Shown here one piece after another: positions 12,233 to 25,557 of a DNA stretch of 64,000 bases (positions are counted from its first letter, which is position 1; each line of letters opens with the position of its first letter). This DNA comes from Camelus ferus (lineage: Eukaryota). The position numbers were made by a program, and so were the translations under genes. The stretch covers positions 84,446,001 to 84,510,000 of the forward strand of contig NC_045696.1 in the NCBI RefSeq assembly GCF_009834535.1, written 5' to 3'. The notes beneath the pieces were generated by a model. It saw only the letters and a list, made by a program, of their open reading frames with translations. It searched no databases and was not told where the DNA came from.

Positions 12233-14045
12233 TTTTTAAAAAATTGCGTAAGTATGCAAATTAAGTTTGTGTATTTGAGAACTTTTGGGTTACAATGAGC
12301 CCATTATTTCTCTCATTCACTACTTTGCCATTTTAGTGTAAATAAATCAAGTTTTGCAATACTTTGCTTATGGTATCACCACAAATTAATTCCTAGGTGA
12401 GATTAAGGAACTCTGATTCCTCAGAGGTATCAGAGAAGGTTAGGACACTTAGGATGGGGAAGAGTGAAAAAGAGAGTCAGAAATTATTGACCAATCTTTT
12501 ATGTACCATCTTTGAAATCGCATAAATTTTAACTTTGCATTTCAATGATACCAAGCACTAACGCAAAATCTTATACACCCAGGACGACAAATAGCTCCCC
12601 AATTTCATGTGTCTAACTTCACTAAATGAAGGGCTTGTGTTAAGGAATATCGGACTTTAACTCTTAGCCATAGATTTATGTTGAGCAATTTTCTTTGTAA
12701 GTCAGCACCATTGTGTTTGGAAAGGATTATCTCACAGTTGTGGCTTATCTAGATCAATAAGTAAATAACCACAATCCATATTTCAATTTTCATTCTGTCT
12801 GAAAATTTCTTCAGCATTTACAAGTTCTACGGATTTCTACTTGAGGAGAAATAGACATAGCCTTGTCACCTTATACATCAGCTAGCCAGAAACTCTTTTT
12901 TGATACCTAACATAAATGGGGCAACATGGCCAAAAAACCTCATGATTTTTCAATGTCTCTAATGGTTTTAAGAAAAGACTTGATTCAATGATTTTCCTTG
13001 GAATGAAAGTCTTATAAAATATTTACCAAGAAAATGAGGCTATGCCTCAGTTCCTCTCTGTCAAATTATTTTCAGCATAGACTCTCCTTTTCTCTCTTTA
13101 TGATAATAACTTTTCTGATCAGTTTAAAGATACAGTTTTGTTAGCAATGAACTTCATATTATGATTTCTTTTCCAGACAAAACTCAGAAAGTTGATTTGT
13201 GTAGGCCCTGCTTCTGATAAAGTTGAATCCTTTCTGAATAGTGGAGATATTTATTTCAGGAATGTTGGCAGTCTTTGTTACCAAAGCATGAAGCAGGGAA
13301 AAAATGAAGTATAATCTTTCTCTATCAAAGCAGAAAAGCCAAATATTGTCAAGGAAGCTTTATCTTTAGAGTCCTGGGATGTTTTCCAGTCAAATTTTGA
13401 CTACTAAAATAAACAAACAAAAATCATAATATTGCAGAGATAGACGATCTTTGAAATTTCAAAAAGGAGCTCTTAAAATAGGGAGGCTTTTGTGATGTTG
13501 TCTGCAGCACACAATGCACTAAACTAGATTGGGAGAAATCAGTAGTTCCAATTTATTGCCTGCTGTAGGAAAATGACAGAGTTGCCAATTTCCTTGATAA
13601 TTTGCTTCAATGCTGTAAAAGAAACTTCAGGGTTATTTAAGTGGATGGCATTATACAGCAACATAGCTGCATATTTTTCCCTCTGCTCCAAGCTACAAAT
13701 GAGGTCAACCTTTCCGGGGGTACATAACTTAACACTGGCTGCTATTTATTTTCTTTAATGATAGAATAATCAACTGGTAATAGGACACTGTAATGAGGAT
13801 GATTTTGTTTTTGGACAAATCAAAGCATAAAGTTCAAGACTGTGTAATGTTAATCTTCTTATTGCACAAAGTTGCACAATATCTGATGCATAAAGTGGTT
13901 CTTCATTTTCTTACTTTTGTATTCAAGCTTCACTGGCAAGGAGCTTCACGTACGGGAAACAGTTATAAAAACAAGGAAAATGGAAAAAGAAGGAACAAAG
14001 AAAGTGTAAAATGTTTGATTACTTGAAGGAAATAGATTACTTGTT

Positions 14046-14150
14046 ATATTAAATGCAAATGGTCAGAAATTCTATATCGAAAGTCAGAGATGATCAGATT
14101 GGGTTGAAAAATAAAACCCAGCTATATATTGCATATGAGAAATATACATA
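14046..14150 (+). mobile_element. Old L1 fragment, ORF2 endonuclease N-terminus
   Basis: Translates ILNANGQKFYIESQR*SDWVEK*NPAIYCI*EI, resembling the L1 EN start (TLNVNGLN..IKR.RL.DWIKKQDP.ICCLQETH). Confidence 0.7.
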
Positions 14151-15902
14151 GGCAAAATTTTTAAAAAAAACATTGAAAAGAAGCAAAAACGTTGAAAAGT
14201 TCCTGTACCCTTTTAGGTGTTTTGACTAAAGAAATGTTAATAATACACAGGTTTTGTTCTACTTTTTTCTTCTTCTATAGTTTTAGTTATTCTTGTTGTT
14301 GTACATTTGATGTTTTCTAACTAAATCTAGGCACAATGTAAGAGTATATCTAAAAATTAATTTCTAATTAGAGGAAATTCTTTCAAGTGGTATAAATTGG
14401 TAAGAATAATGATTGCATATTATTTCAACATGTATATCGCCAGGCATTTGTGTGGAGTAAAATAATTTTAATAACATAATTTTATATAAGTTCTAAAGCC
14501 AGTTTTCTTAAAGCAACTTAAAGGAAAAAAATTTAGGAAAAAATATTTTTATAAAAACTTTTGAATAATATTTAGGAGACTCATCAAGTTCTATGATACT
14601 TTCTGACATTTTAAATTAGCTTTTTATGTATATTTTTCATAGTATATTTTTTATAGTAGGTGTTAGATACCTATTAAATAAATGGAGAATAGTAGAATCT
14701 TCAAAGATAATTTTAGAATAATATAAATGTATTGAGGCATCCACTATGATCAATCTAATTGCATATTTTGAATTTAATGTAATAGATAGCACTTTAAAAT
14801 GTGAACTTTTAATTCAAGTTTATCATTCAGCAAAACTGAACTGACTTTTGAATTTAATATAAGGCATAGCTTATTGTGGTGACTCATAACAGAGATTCTG
14901 TTCTAACTAATTCTGCATATTAATTTCAGCTGATAATTTATTTCTTTAAACTAATAGAAAACAATGCATATTCAAGAGTCAACTTTTTTCTTTCTACAAA
15001 TATATTAGGAAATTTTAAAATGAATATGTAAGAGATGTTATCTTATTAAAATAAAACATAATTTCTTTGGAAAAATAATAAAACAAATGGAGGAAAAAGA
15101 AAGCTATGCTCAGATCCTCAATGTATTGTTCTTATGAGATAATTTCAGCAAGTATTCTGTACTATGGGATTGCAACAGAGGTCAATACCAGCATGTAGAC
15201 TTGAATTTCCAATATTTAGTTTGAGAATTCCAGCATCCTGTGATTCAAAATACCAATTACTTGAAACTTGAGAAAACAAGTTTCTTTCTGGAAAAGGATG
15301 CCAATCAAGTGTCCAAGAGGAATATCCAAAGGAAAAGTGAGCTTTGAGAGATCTAGACATGTGAAACTATAAAATCTATTTCCTGCTCTAGTATTTTACT
15401 TATAATGAAGTATGAACAGGAGTAAAATTGTTGAATCCTTGCTGAAATGATAGACAGAATTACTAATGCACAAAAGTAAATTCCTGAGACTATACGGAGA
15501 AAAATTAACAACTGAGGAACAATTGATTCAGTGATTCTTTAGAGAGGTGGCCTACATTGCTTTCCCCCATCTGGAGCCTCCATTTCCCATGGGCAACATA
15601 ATCCCACTGAATCTGTGAGTGTAGCATGATAAAGAAGAAGTGAGTTGAAGATTTGGCTGGGAAATGTTAAAGCTATTAATGAGTCAAGTCTTCTTATCTT
15701 TACATTTTTCCTTCTGTCCATTTTTGCTTTAAATTTCCTAATAACCTGTTTACCTGGAAGAGTGACTTTGATTGTTTAAAACTGTATAGCCAGGTATTTT
15801 CATGTCTAAATTGTTTTTTTAATCATTTCACTCCATTTTTACATCTGTTATATTACATTGTTGTTTGTTGCTAAATACTTGTATATAACCACTATTTTTC
15901 TT

Positions 15903-16036
15903 TCTTTTTTTTACCTTTTTTAATTGAGTTATAGTCATTTTACAATGTTGTGTCAATTTCCAGTGTAGAGCACAATTTTTCAGTTATACGTGAACATATA
16001 TATATTCATGTCACATTTTTTTTTTTTTTTGCTGTG
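15903..16036 (-). mobile_element. Short 5'-truncated young L1 3' end (camelid-type) with ~17 bp TSD
   Basis: T-rich tail followed by aattgagttatagtcattttacaatgttgtgtcaatttccagtgtagagcac. Flanked by taaccactatttttctt (15886-15902) and taaccaatgtttttctt (16037-16053). Confidence 0.85.
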
Positions 16037-18104
16037 TAACCAATGTTTTTCTTAAGTTTCAATTTCCCCTGTTTTCTTTGGTTCCTGTATAAATCCAATG
16101 TTGCACAAGACCTGGCTCAAATTCAAATTCCTGACACTCTCCTTGATGACCTTAATCTGAAGTGATAATTTCCTTCTATAATTTCTTAGAGCAATGTTCG
16201 TCCATTCATTTCAAATGATGTCTTCCTTACAGTTTTTCTGAATGTTTATTTAAATATTTTGTTTTTCAACCCTTACCATATTCCATGTGATCTATACCCC
16301 AATGATACCCAGAGCCTTGCCTTGGTTTGAAAAATGCTCTGTGTGTCTTGCCCAGTTTCATTTATCATTCTTTTCAGCACATTTCTCAGTGAATTTAACA
16401 ATGATAATGTTTACCTATCTATTTCATTGGATATTTACTTTGAAAATATTATAGGTGCCTACTATTTAAAAGTGGCATTGTTCCATTTTATAGATCTCTA
16501 AGCTACAACTTCAGTGAAGAAAAAAATTTGATATGGTAGTATTTATTTCCCTATTAAGAATAAACAATATTTGTCTACTTTTCTAGAGGATATAATACTC
16601 TTTGCACCATGAAAATAGCCACATCTCTTTTTTTTTTTTATATGAAGAAAACTTCTGGATGTTTGAGTCAGTAAGAGAAAGGTTAACATTACTTAAATAG
16701 TGGGTAAGTTATTTGTCCAAAAGCAATTATGAATATTGAAGTATTCTGAAAGTATTTTTGATATGTAGTAGAATTAAACTCCCTGTAGGGATTATAGAAG
16801 TACCTATAAAATAAGAGGTCAATTGAAATGAGGAAGTTGAAGATGATATGTTATTTTCCATATATTTTGAGTAAAAATTTTAAAAAGGAAACATCACAGC
16901 ATTCAAACATTAAAAAAAAACACCTTTAAAACTCTACATTTGATCTTTAATACAAATGCTACTGGCAAAATAGGTTGTACCTGGGGCTATATCCCATCAA
17001 ATCAAACTTTTAGAATGAAAAGTTGTGGGGGGAAGCAGGATGAGTATTTAAATTTGTTGATATAGTAAAGAAAATAAAAAAACAATCAGATGTTTAAAAA
17101 TCTGCACCAAAGTTGTACATATTCACAACTTTCATTATGGAAATAAAACTATGTTCCTTAAAATATCCATCTAGAAGATAACTATTCCTACTTATATATG
17201 GTGTGCAGGATCCTATGACTTTACCTCCATAGTCTCTTGCCTGCAGAGTTGATCAAGAGACATTGCAGAGATTAACTAGGACTCTGTGACTTAAATGGAT
17301 AAATGGCTAAACAATTCTACACTCTTAATTAAGACAGGATGAAAAGAGAATAAAATTTCATACGAAAGATAATAAATTTTGTTTTGAATATGTAAAATTT
17401 GATACTCATATTAATGTGTCCAACCTGCAGTTAGTTGAAATTATGTATCTGAAATTTGATGAATAGTACAAGTCTGCATATAATCTACTATTCTTGTTGA
17501 TTTGTAAATAGCATCTTTGTTTATTTTATATTTGGTAGAAGTGGAGAAAAAGAATGTTTACATCAAAACAGTGGTTTCCCTCTTCCATGAAAGAAATCAT
17601 TCCAATATTCATAGATAGTCTAGTTTTGATCAATATGGTCTTATATCAGTCTGAAAGTTAATCTTTTCCCAGTATGTAGTGTTAAATATTTTAATGATAA
17701 CCAGAGATTGTTGAGATATTTATGGATTATATAATTTAAGTTATTTTGTTTTTATATTTAAATTATCAGAATACAAACAACCAGATTTAGATTGAAGACA
17801 GTAGTCTTCTACAAGGGCCATGCATAAATTATTTTCAAGGATTATTTGTGAAGCCATTCAAAGCAATTAACAGTTTGCCCAAGAGTTGTATGTATGCAAA
17901 TACGGGTTACATAAATTGCCTTTAATTAGAACTCATTTTTGGATTTTCTTTAGTTTCTCTGTTGATTATGTGTAGATTTTAGTGAAGGCATTATTAATGG
18001 AGAGTATATCAAGATATTATTCAAAAAGTATGTAGATTTTCATTAATTAGGCTTGATACAAATATAAAAACAATAACACCCAAATGTGGATGTACTATTT
18101 TTTT

Positions 18105-18410
18105 CCCTAGGATTAGAATTTCTGGGTCATATGACAACTGGCAACTCTACATTTAACATTTTGAGGAGTACCTAAACTTTTTCAAAATGGCTGAGCCATT
18201 TTATAATCAAACCAGCAAAGTAGGAGGGTTTCAATTTTTCCACATCTTTATTGTCTGCCTTTTTGATTTTAGCCATCCTAATGGATGTGAAGTGGTGTCT
18301 TATCATGGTTTTTCCCCTAGTAACACAAGATGTTAAACATCTTTTCATATGCTTATTGGCCTTTTATATATCTTCCTTGGAAAAACATCTATTAAAATTC
18401 TTTGTCTATT
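18105..18410 (-). mobile_element. L1M (MA/MB-like) ORF2 3' fragment
   Basis: gaatttctgggtcatatg...ttttagccatcctaatggatgtgaagtggtgtcttatcatggtt...catcttttcatatgcttattggcc is typical antisense L1 ORF2 3' sequence. Confidence 0.8.
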
Positions 18411-18604
18411 GGCCATCTTCTCATTGTATCTTGACATGGTGAAAACAGGATGAGAGAGCTTTCCAGTGTCCTTTTTATGAGGGCACTAATGTTATTGATG
18501 AGGACCCACCTTCATGATCTAATTACTTTCCAAAGCCCCTTCCGTGGAGGTGAGAATTTCAACATATGTATTTTGGGTGGGACACAAACATTCAGTCCGT
18601 TGAA
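18410..18604 (-). mobile_element. MLT1A-like MaLR LTR, 5' half only
   Basis: ggccatcttctcattgtatcttgacatgg...gggcactaat...ttcatgatctaattacttt...gaatttcaacatatgtattttgggtgggacacaaacattcagtcc. Confidence 0.8.
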
Positions 18605-19920
18605 CTAATTTTTCAACTTATTCATTGAATATCTTGAACGTTGGAATTATTCTGTCTATTCTCACCTATTTGTTCAATCATTTATATCAGTATGGACTCT
18701 TGAATATTTTACATTTGGGTTATAATCCAATACAACTTTATTGTACAGTTTAAATTCTTCCAAATTTGACCATCGGGAACTATTTTAGCTGAGTCCTGTA
18801 TCCCTTTGATGTAACTCCATCATTGTGGGAGTCTTTCAAGCACTTCTTTACTTTCTGGCATTACAAGATGCTTCTGCTTATCTTTTGTATTTTCTGCCTA
18901 GTCTTAGAATCAGCCATTTCTCTAAGGAAACCTGTTTCCTCTTATTGAAAAAATATTAGAAAACAAAGATCTAGGCACTAGAAGTGCTCATTGTTTCCGG
19001 GTCATAATTGCTTCTAGTCTCTCTCAGCTGACAGAGCAAAGAAATATGTGTCTATACTGACCTAATATTTATAAATATTTCTATCTTTATATTAAGCCAA
19101 ACATGATTTCATATTGATCTCTTCAACTCTAATCCATTACATTTTAGATCATTATAGCCTCCACATGTTGCTTATCTATAAAGTCCCACTCTAGCAATGA
19201 GAAACTATCCATTTACTTAATTTAATTCTAGCATGAAGATGGAGTGATATCTGAGTTGTTAACCAGTATCCCCATGGGAGCTGATTTTATTAACTAGAGT
19301 ATAATGCTTATATATATTTCTTTAGTCTTTAGTCTTTCAGACTGTTCATTTCCTTAGTTAATTATGTTAATGCGTTATTCCTGTTCAGTAAAATTGCTTT
19401 ATACATTTTTAATACTGTTGTTAGATTGTTTTTTTTTTCTTTCTGTTTTTGTATTTGATCCTTGGATTCTCCTAATCTCTGAAATAATTTTAAAAATTTG
19501 TATGCATTTAGATTCACTCTTCATGCCATAAAATCATATGGGTTCACACAAATGCATAGTGTTTTATATTCACCATTACAGTGTCGTGTTTATCCAGTCA
19601 TCTATTGAAGGATATCTTGGTTGCTTACAGTTGGGGGCAATTATGAATAAAACTGATAAGAACTTTCACATTTAGATTTTGGTGCAGACATCAGTTTTCA
19701 AACCCCGTTAAGTAAATATTTAAGAGTGTGATTACTTGATTGTATAGTAAGATTATGTTTAGTTTTACAAGAAGATGCCCAAGAATCTTCCAAGGTGGCT
19801 GCACCATTTTGCATTCGCAACAGCAGTGAATGAGAGCTCCTGTTGCTGTGCTTACCCAGCAGCAACTGGTATTGTCGAGTATTTTGGTTTGTTTTTTGGT
19901 GTTTTTAGCCATTTCAATGT
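18605..19920 (-). mobile_element. L1MC/MD-like 3'UTR plus ORF2 end
   Basis: tatttgttcaatcatttatatcagtatggactc; cttagaatcagccatttctctaagga; ctctcagctgacagagcaaagaaatatg; and, from ~19590, catctattgaaggatatcttggttgct...caattatgaataaaactg. Confidence 0.8.
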
Positions 19921-19964
19921 TCAATATGCATACTTTTGTTTTCTTTTATTGTCTTTTTGCCCTA

Positions 19965-20374
19965 AGTAGGACTAGATAGACTGAGTAAAGAAAGTCTGTC
20001 CTCGTCAGGGTGGGTGGGCATCATCCGATTTGTTGAGGGCTTAAATAGGACAAGGCGGTGAGGGAAGGACAAATTCTCACTCTTCTTGAACTGGGATGTT
20101 CATATTCTTCTGCCTTCAGATATTGGACATCAAAGCTCCTGGCTCTCAGGCTGTTGGACTCAGGGCCAGCAACCCCATGAAACATTGGGTTCACTTCTTC
20201 CATCTCAGACTGAATTATACCTCCAGCTTTTCTGGTCCTCCAACGAGCAGGTGGCACAACTTGGCATAGCTCAACCTCTGTAATCACTGCGAGCCAATTC
20301 CCATGACCAATCTATCTATCTGGCTATCTAATCTTCCATTGGTTCTGTTTTTCTGTAGAACCCTGACTAATACA
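19965..20374 (+). mobile_element. MLT2 (ERVL) LTR, 5'-truncated
   Basis: gactgagtaaag...gggtgggcatcatccgatttgttgagggcttaaatagga...gagccaattccc...attggttctgtttttctgtagaaccctgactaataca, which is the canonical MLT2 3' end. Confidence 0.88.
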
Positions 20375-20512
20375 CAAAGTGCTTGTAGTCAGAAGAATAA
20401 TATCTGCCAATTCTTCTGTCTAGTACATACATAACTAGGGAATTCATCTCTGGAAACATCTGGAAAGGTTTTCTTAGAGAATGGAGATAAACACCTAAGT
20501 GGTATGTATCTA

Positions 20513-20566
<54 letters not shown>
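20513..20566 (+). repeat. (TATC)13 / GATA tetranucleotide microsatellite
   Basis: Read directly from the sequence. Confidence 0.97.
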
Positions 20567-23099
20567 CTTAGTTAACTATAAACACTTATACCAGTAGAAC
20601 TCTGATGACAAACAGACTATTATTGTTCTATTCCCCATCAATGCCTCTTTGGGTGATAGTGATAGGGACTGTGACCTTATGCTCATAAATGCACACAAGA
20701 GTCATGAGTGTAAATATTTGGTGGAGGGAGATTAATTATGCATGGGCATGTTTGGAATTATTTCCTGGTGAACACTAAGTTGAGATACAAGCTCAGAGAA
20801 AAGCCCAGATTTCTCTACTTGGCAATTCCTTTAACAGCTGACGTAAATACCTCTGATCTGAGGTCTTCCCTTATTCAGTCTGGGAGATGGGCCAGTGTAG
20901 TCCACATCCACAGAAGGGAAATTAAGAGACTTGATTCAGCAAAGCCCTATTTTGGTTCTGTTTCTGAAAAAAAAAAGTATACGTACACATTTCAAATGAC
21001 TGCAGCCAAAGGACTTGCTGACTCCTTCCTGGTCAGGCTTCACAGCAAACCAATCGCCCAGGACGTGACACCCATGGCACCTCCAGCGCAACAGATGAAG
21101 ACTGTGGGACGGGAGCAATTTTTATTGACCTCTCTAAGGCATTTGCTTTAGGAGGCCATAAATTTTCCCTACACAGCTTCAGAAATCTGAGGCCTTGTAG
21201 TGACTGCATAAAGTGGTTTTCATTAACTTGAGGAATTGTACAGGAAAGAAAGCCCTGTGAGCATAGATTCAAAGGAATTACAAATGGGGCGCCTGAGGGC
21301 ATATTTTATTTTCTCTGCTTGACGATTATCTTACAGTCTAATATGTTTTCTCCCTTGTGCACATATATGCTGATGATATAGTGTAATTTTCTGGAACAAC
21401 ACTGATGCCCTGGGGTAGCCCCAGAAGCCTGCAGTCCAACTTACTGAGCTGTTTTTCCTCCAGAAAGTTGATTCAAATGAAACTTGATGCCAAAATCTTA
21501 GTCTTCTGTTTCACTTCAAGGTTTCATAAATTTAGCGTCTCATTAATGATTAACAACTAGGTAGCATTTCAGAACAGGCTGGGTAAGCTTCATTTCTGGA
21601 TTGTGACTTTAGCCTTGCTTTGGATTTTTAAAAAGCACACTCTTATGTCTTTTCAGTGCCTGTAAAAATGTCTGGATGGGAAAGGGTCCTGTTAGTTCAA
21701 TGTAATCTCTTTAGCTGCTGCTGCTTCTTCTTCTTCTTTTTTTTTTTTTTAGGGTAGAGAAGGAATTGACTCCATGCCAACCTAGATATTTCTTGGGCAA
21801 TTGCTGTCCCAGTGCACCTGGCTTGACAGGTGTCTAAGTGTCTCTTAGAGTCTCTTAGGAGCTTGCATTACCCAGCAGCTGTGAAAACTGATAAAGCCAT
21901 TGTGAAGTAAAAAATCTAGGATGCTCACAGGCGGAACGCCTTCTAAGTTCAACGGCTGGCATGAGCGTGCTGGTGCGTCCTCCCAAGCCAGAAGGGGAGG
22001 AATGAGAAATGTACTCACACCAAAATGTGCACTTGCAAATTTCGCCTCTGATCATTACTTTAATTATCATAATGTACAAATGGCACAATCTGGTACTGAA
22101 AAGAGCAACTGAGATTGTCATTTTTCATAGAAGGAAGGTACAATGTAGAAATTCAGAAACATGGGATGATGGGTGGAGTGGTTCCATTTTAAAGAGTATC
22201 ACTTTTTTTTCAAATAGGAAAGTTGAGGCTCAAAAAACTTATGTAACTACCAGAAGTCATAGAACTAATTTTAAGTAATTTAATTAATTTAGTATCAGAG
22301 AGATGGAATTATAGTATTTGGAATACAAGATATCTAGTAGGAGAGATATCTAATAAAAATACAAGATAGGGTATGAAATGAGACAAAATTTAAACTTTTT
22401 TTTGAAAAAAACAATGCTTAGTCAATTGTTAATTTTTTTGTTCTCATTTATATACTGAGTTAATTGTTAGCATAAAACAGGCCATCTTCATCATACTGAT
22501 TTAAATGTTGTACCATAAACAAGTGTGAAACATTTTGATTCATTATTGAAACTCAGAATTGCCTGCTGATTTCTGTCAAATGTATCAAGTCCTGCTCAAA
22601 ATTAAGGCTAAAATGAATGGTAACAGAGATACCGTGTGTGTGTGCATGTATATATGTATGTGTGTGACAATGCAATTGTTTAATCTACTAAAAATCAAAA
22701 TTTTGAGTCCAGAAGACTAGACATAAAAGTTTATCTCTAAAACTTGAACTAATGAAAGAGAGCAGTTTGTTTTTTTTTTTTTAAGTTATGCTATTTCAGT
22801 CATTATCTCTTATTTCTATTTCAGATCAAATTCCCATGACTGGTAAACTCACTTCCACCAAGATGATCAATAATACATAAAATGTTCCTTTGTTATAAAG
22901 TATTTTCATCAGGGAAAAAAGAAAGCATAACTTCTGAAATTTCAGAAATCTGAATTGCTTGTTGACAGTACCTTGTGCATCCAAGGCCAGCCCCACTTAA
23001 AAAACAAGGGACAAAATGGCAAGTATTAGAAGGAAGAATACTTGTGGGAGATGCATTTTTGCTCCTCTTTGATTAGCCACCCTTTGGTCTTTTGCCTTC

Positions 23100-23545
23100 T
23101 CTCTCCTTTTCCTAGCCCATGATCTTGACTCTCCTAATTTTCAGCCCCCTTTCCTTCCTGTCCAACTATAATTCTGGCTGTTTCTCAAATACTTCTTGTA
23201 CTTTGCTCTCTCTATGAATTGGCTGAAAATATTCCATTTGTCAGGAGTTCCTTCTTACTCATAGGCTCCTATGGAAATCTTAAGAGCCATCTCTTAAGAG
23301 CCAGCATTTCTGTTTGAAGGTTTTCACAATTGTGCTGCACAGAAAAGTATTCTCCATTATTTAAATCTTCATATTTATTTATTTGCATCAATTAAAAAGC
23401 AGTTATATTGTCTGGAAACATAATTTTCCTATGCCTTATCACCTCTACTGGACTGTGATTGTACTGAAGAATGGAGATGGGGCTGTATATTTTTAACTCC
23501 TGCAAAACACAGCTTCACACATAGTAGCCACTCAACCTCCATTAA
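23100..23545 (+). mobile_element. L2 3' fragment
   Basis: ctggctgtttctcaaatac...ctactggactgtgatt...cacacatagtagccactcaa. Confidence 0.55.
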
Positions 23546-24169
23546 AAAGTACATGACAGTGATTCAACACGAAGATGTTATCCACATTCAGACGCTGAAG
23601 ACAGTAGTATTTCCTGACTTTGAATGTTGAAACCCTATGTAGAAGGCACATCAGTTCCTATACTGTCACATTGCTATGGAGATATAGATTTGATCTTTCA
23701 TTACCATATTTGTAAAAAAATAAATGTAACAAGCAAATGTTATTTTCCATAATGGCAAACAAAAGACAAATGTCATTGTCAGGGTATGATTTAATAGATG
23801 ATATCTCTAGCTAAAGTTGCTGCTTTATATTATGAATGTCAATTGAAGGAAACTTGTTGTTAATGTCAGCTAAAATATACGATAGTGTCTAGAAAATCAT
23901 AATGCTGAGCAATTAAACTCTTAGATGAGTCTAACTTTATGTTTATAGTTTCCATCTATATTTTTGTTGTTACTAAATTAAGAAGCAGTGCAAAGGCTAT
24001 ATTCAACCTTGAAGTGAATAGGGTTTCTAGAAGATTTTGGCAGCTTCAATTTGTCTTCTGAAATTTCAGTGACAGCTAAGAGTTTTGATTTTGATGGGTG
24101 ACATGTTCTTGTAACTTCTTTTGAAATGATCCAAAATGTTTTTTAGTGATCTTGGCATTTGCTGAAACT

Positions 24170-24171
<2 letters not shown>

Positions 24172-24213
<42 letters not shown>
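24172..24213 (+). repeat. (GT)21 microsatellite
   Basis: Read directly from the sequence. Confidence 0.97.
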
Positions 24214-24215
<2 letters not shown>

Positions 24216-25147
24216 AATTCTTCCCAGAGACTATATTGGCTAGCTTATATTCTTGGACAGTGTTTGTTTCTTATAAGACACCACACAGTCAAATGGGGAT
24301 TTGGGGATTGAGTCTGTATAAATTTCCATAAAAAAGTTTAATTAGTTCCCCAAACAACTGAGCCACTGCCTTAAATATATTCACAGGTTACTCTACTCAA
24401 AAAATCACGAACAAATATATCCTACACTGTGTTGTATACACTGTGAGTTCTGAATACAAAATATTTGACAGAGGGAATAGAAAAATGAAAATTATACCTA
24501 ATAGTCATTCTTACAATGATCCTACAAAGTAGTTACTATGAATCCACAGCTCCAAAGTGATTAAGTTCTATGAGAATGTAGGCTTGTTGGACTCTTAAAA
24601 CATACGAAAGAGGAAAACGTATTTCTGAATAGATGCTTGTCTTGCAACTTTCTATCTAATGACAGAGTTTGAGTTTGTTCTTTAGAATGTGCTGGACACA
24701 CTTGGTATGGGATTCTAGAACTTGGGATGGGTAAGTGTATGGTGTGGTTTTATATGTAAAGCTGGACTCTTGGATCAACACAGTCGGGGGAGAAGTTGTG
24801 TGGAAGAGGGTAAAATGTAAAGGTTGAGAGTTGGAATTGTTATTCTTAAGGGTGTAAGATTCTATTCATAGAAGTCCTTTACTCTAATGAATTACCTACC
24901 TAGGTGCTATGAAGTGTTCACCCTGCATGATAGTTATTTTATGCGTCATATGTTATTTCTCCATATTCCTCACCAAGACTCTTAACCAGTCAGTATCTTA
25001 TTATTGATATTTTATTGAGCCTGTTATTTAGAACATGGTTAAACTGCATATTTTCACAACTTTTTTCTCATTAAAAAACTGGTTTAATGATCCATGAAAG
25101 CTATGAAAACATATAAAGAAAAACGATATTCCATCATACAGCTGACC

Positions 25148-25557
25148 TGTCATGTGGGTTGAATTGTGTCCCTCTAAAATTTGTATGTTGAATTTTTAAC
25201 CCCCTGGTACCTCAGAATGTGACCTAATTTGGGGATAGTGTCTTTACTGAAGTAAACAAGGTAAAATGAGCTCATTAGCGTGGGCTCCAATCCAGCATGA
25301 CCAGTGTCCTTATAAAAAAGGGAAATTTAGAGACAGACACATATATAGAGAGAATGCCATGTGAACATAATGACAGCCACCTACAAGCCAAGGAGAGAGG
25401 CCCTGAACAGACCCTTCCCTCACAGCCCTCAGAGGAAACTGACCTAGCAGACATCTTGATTTCAGACTTCTCGCCTCCCAAACTGGGAGACAATACATTT
25501 ACGTTTTTAAGCCACTTACTTTGTGGTATTTCTTATGGTAGCTTAGTAAACAATACA
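25148..25557 (+). mobile_element. MLT1B-like MaLR solo LTR
   Basis: Starts tgtcatgtgggttgaattgtgtccc and ends aaacaataca. Internal motifs ggtacctcagaatgtgacc and cctacaagccaaggagagagg...cccttccctcacagccctcagaggaa. Confidence 0.9.

Noticed and set aside
14165..14200. Short direct repeats (aaaaac(a/g)ttgaaaag x2; similarly tcttaagagcca x2 at ~23278-23303)
   Set aside because: Only two copies each, consistent with local slippage duplications. There is no repeat-spacer array, so they are not CRISPR-like.
20738..21151. Longest ORF (137 aa)
   Set aside because: It has no recognisable domain, crosses an A-run, and has no promoter or splice context.
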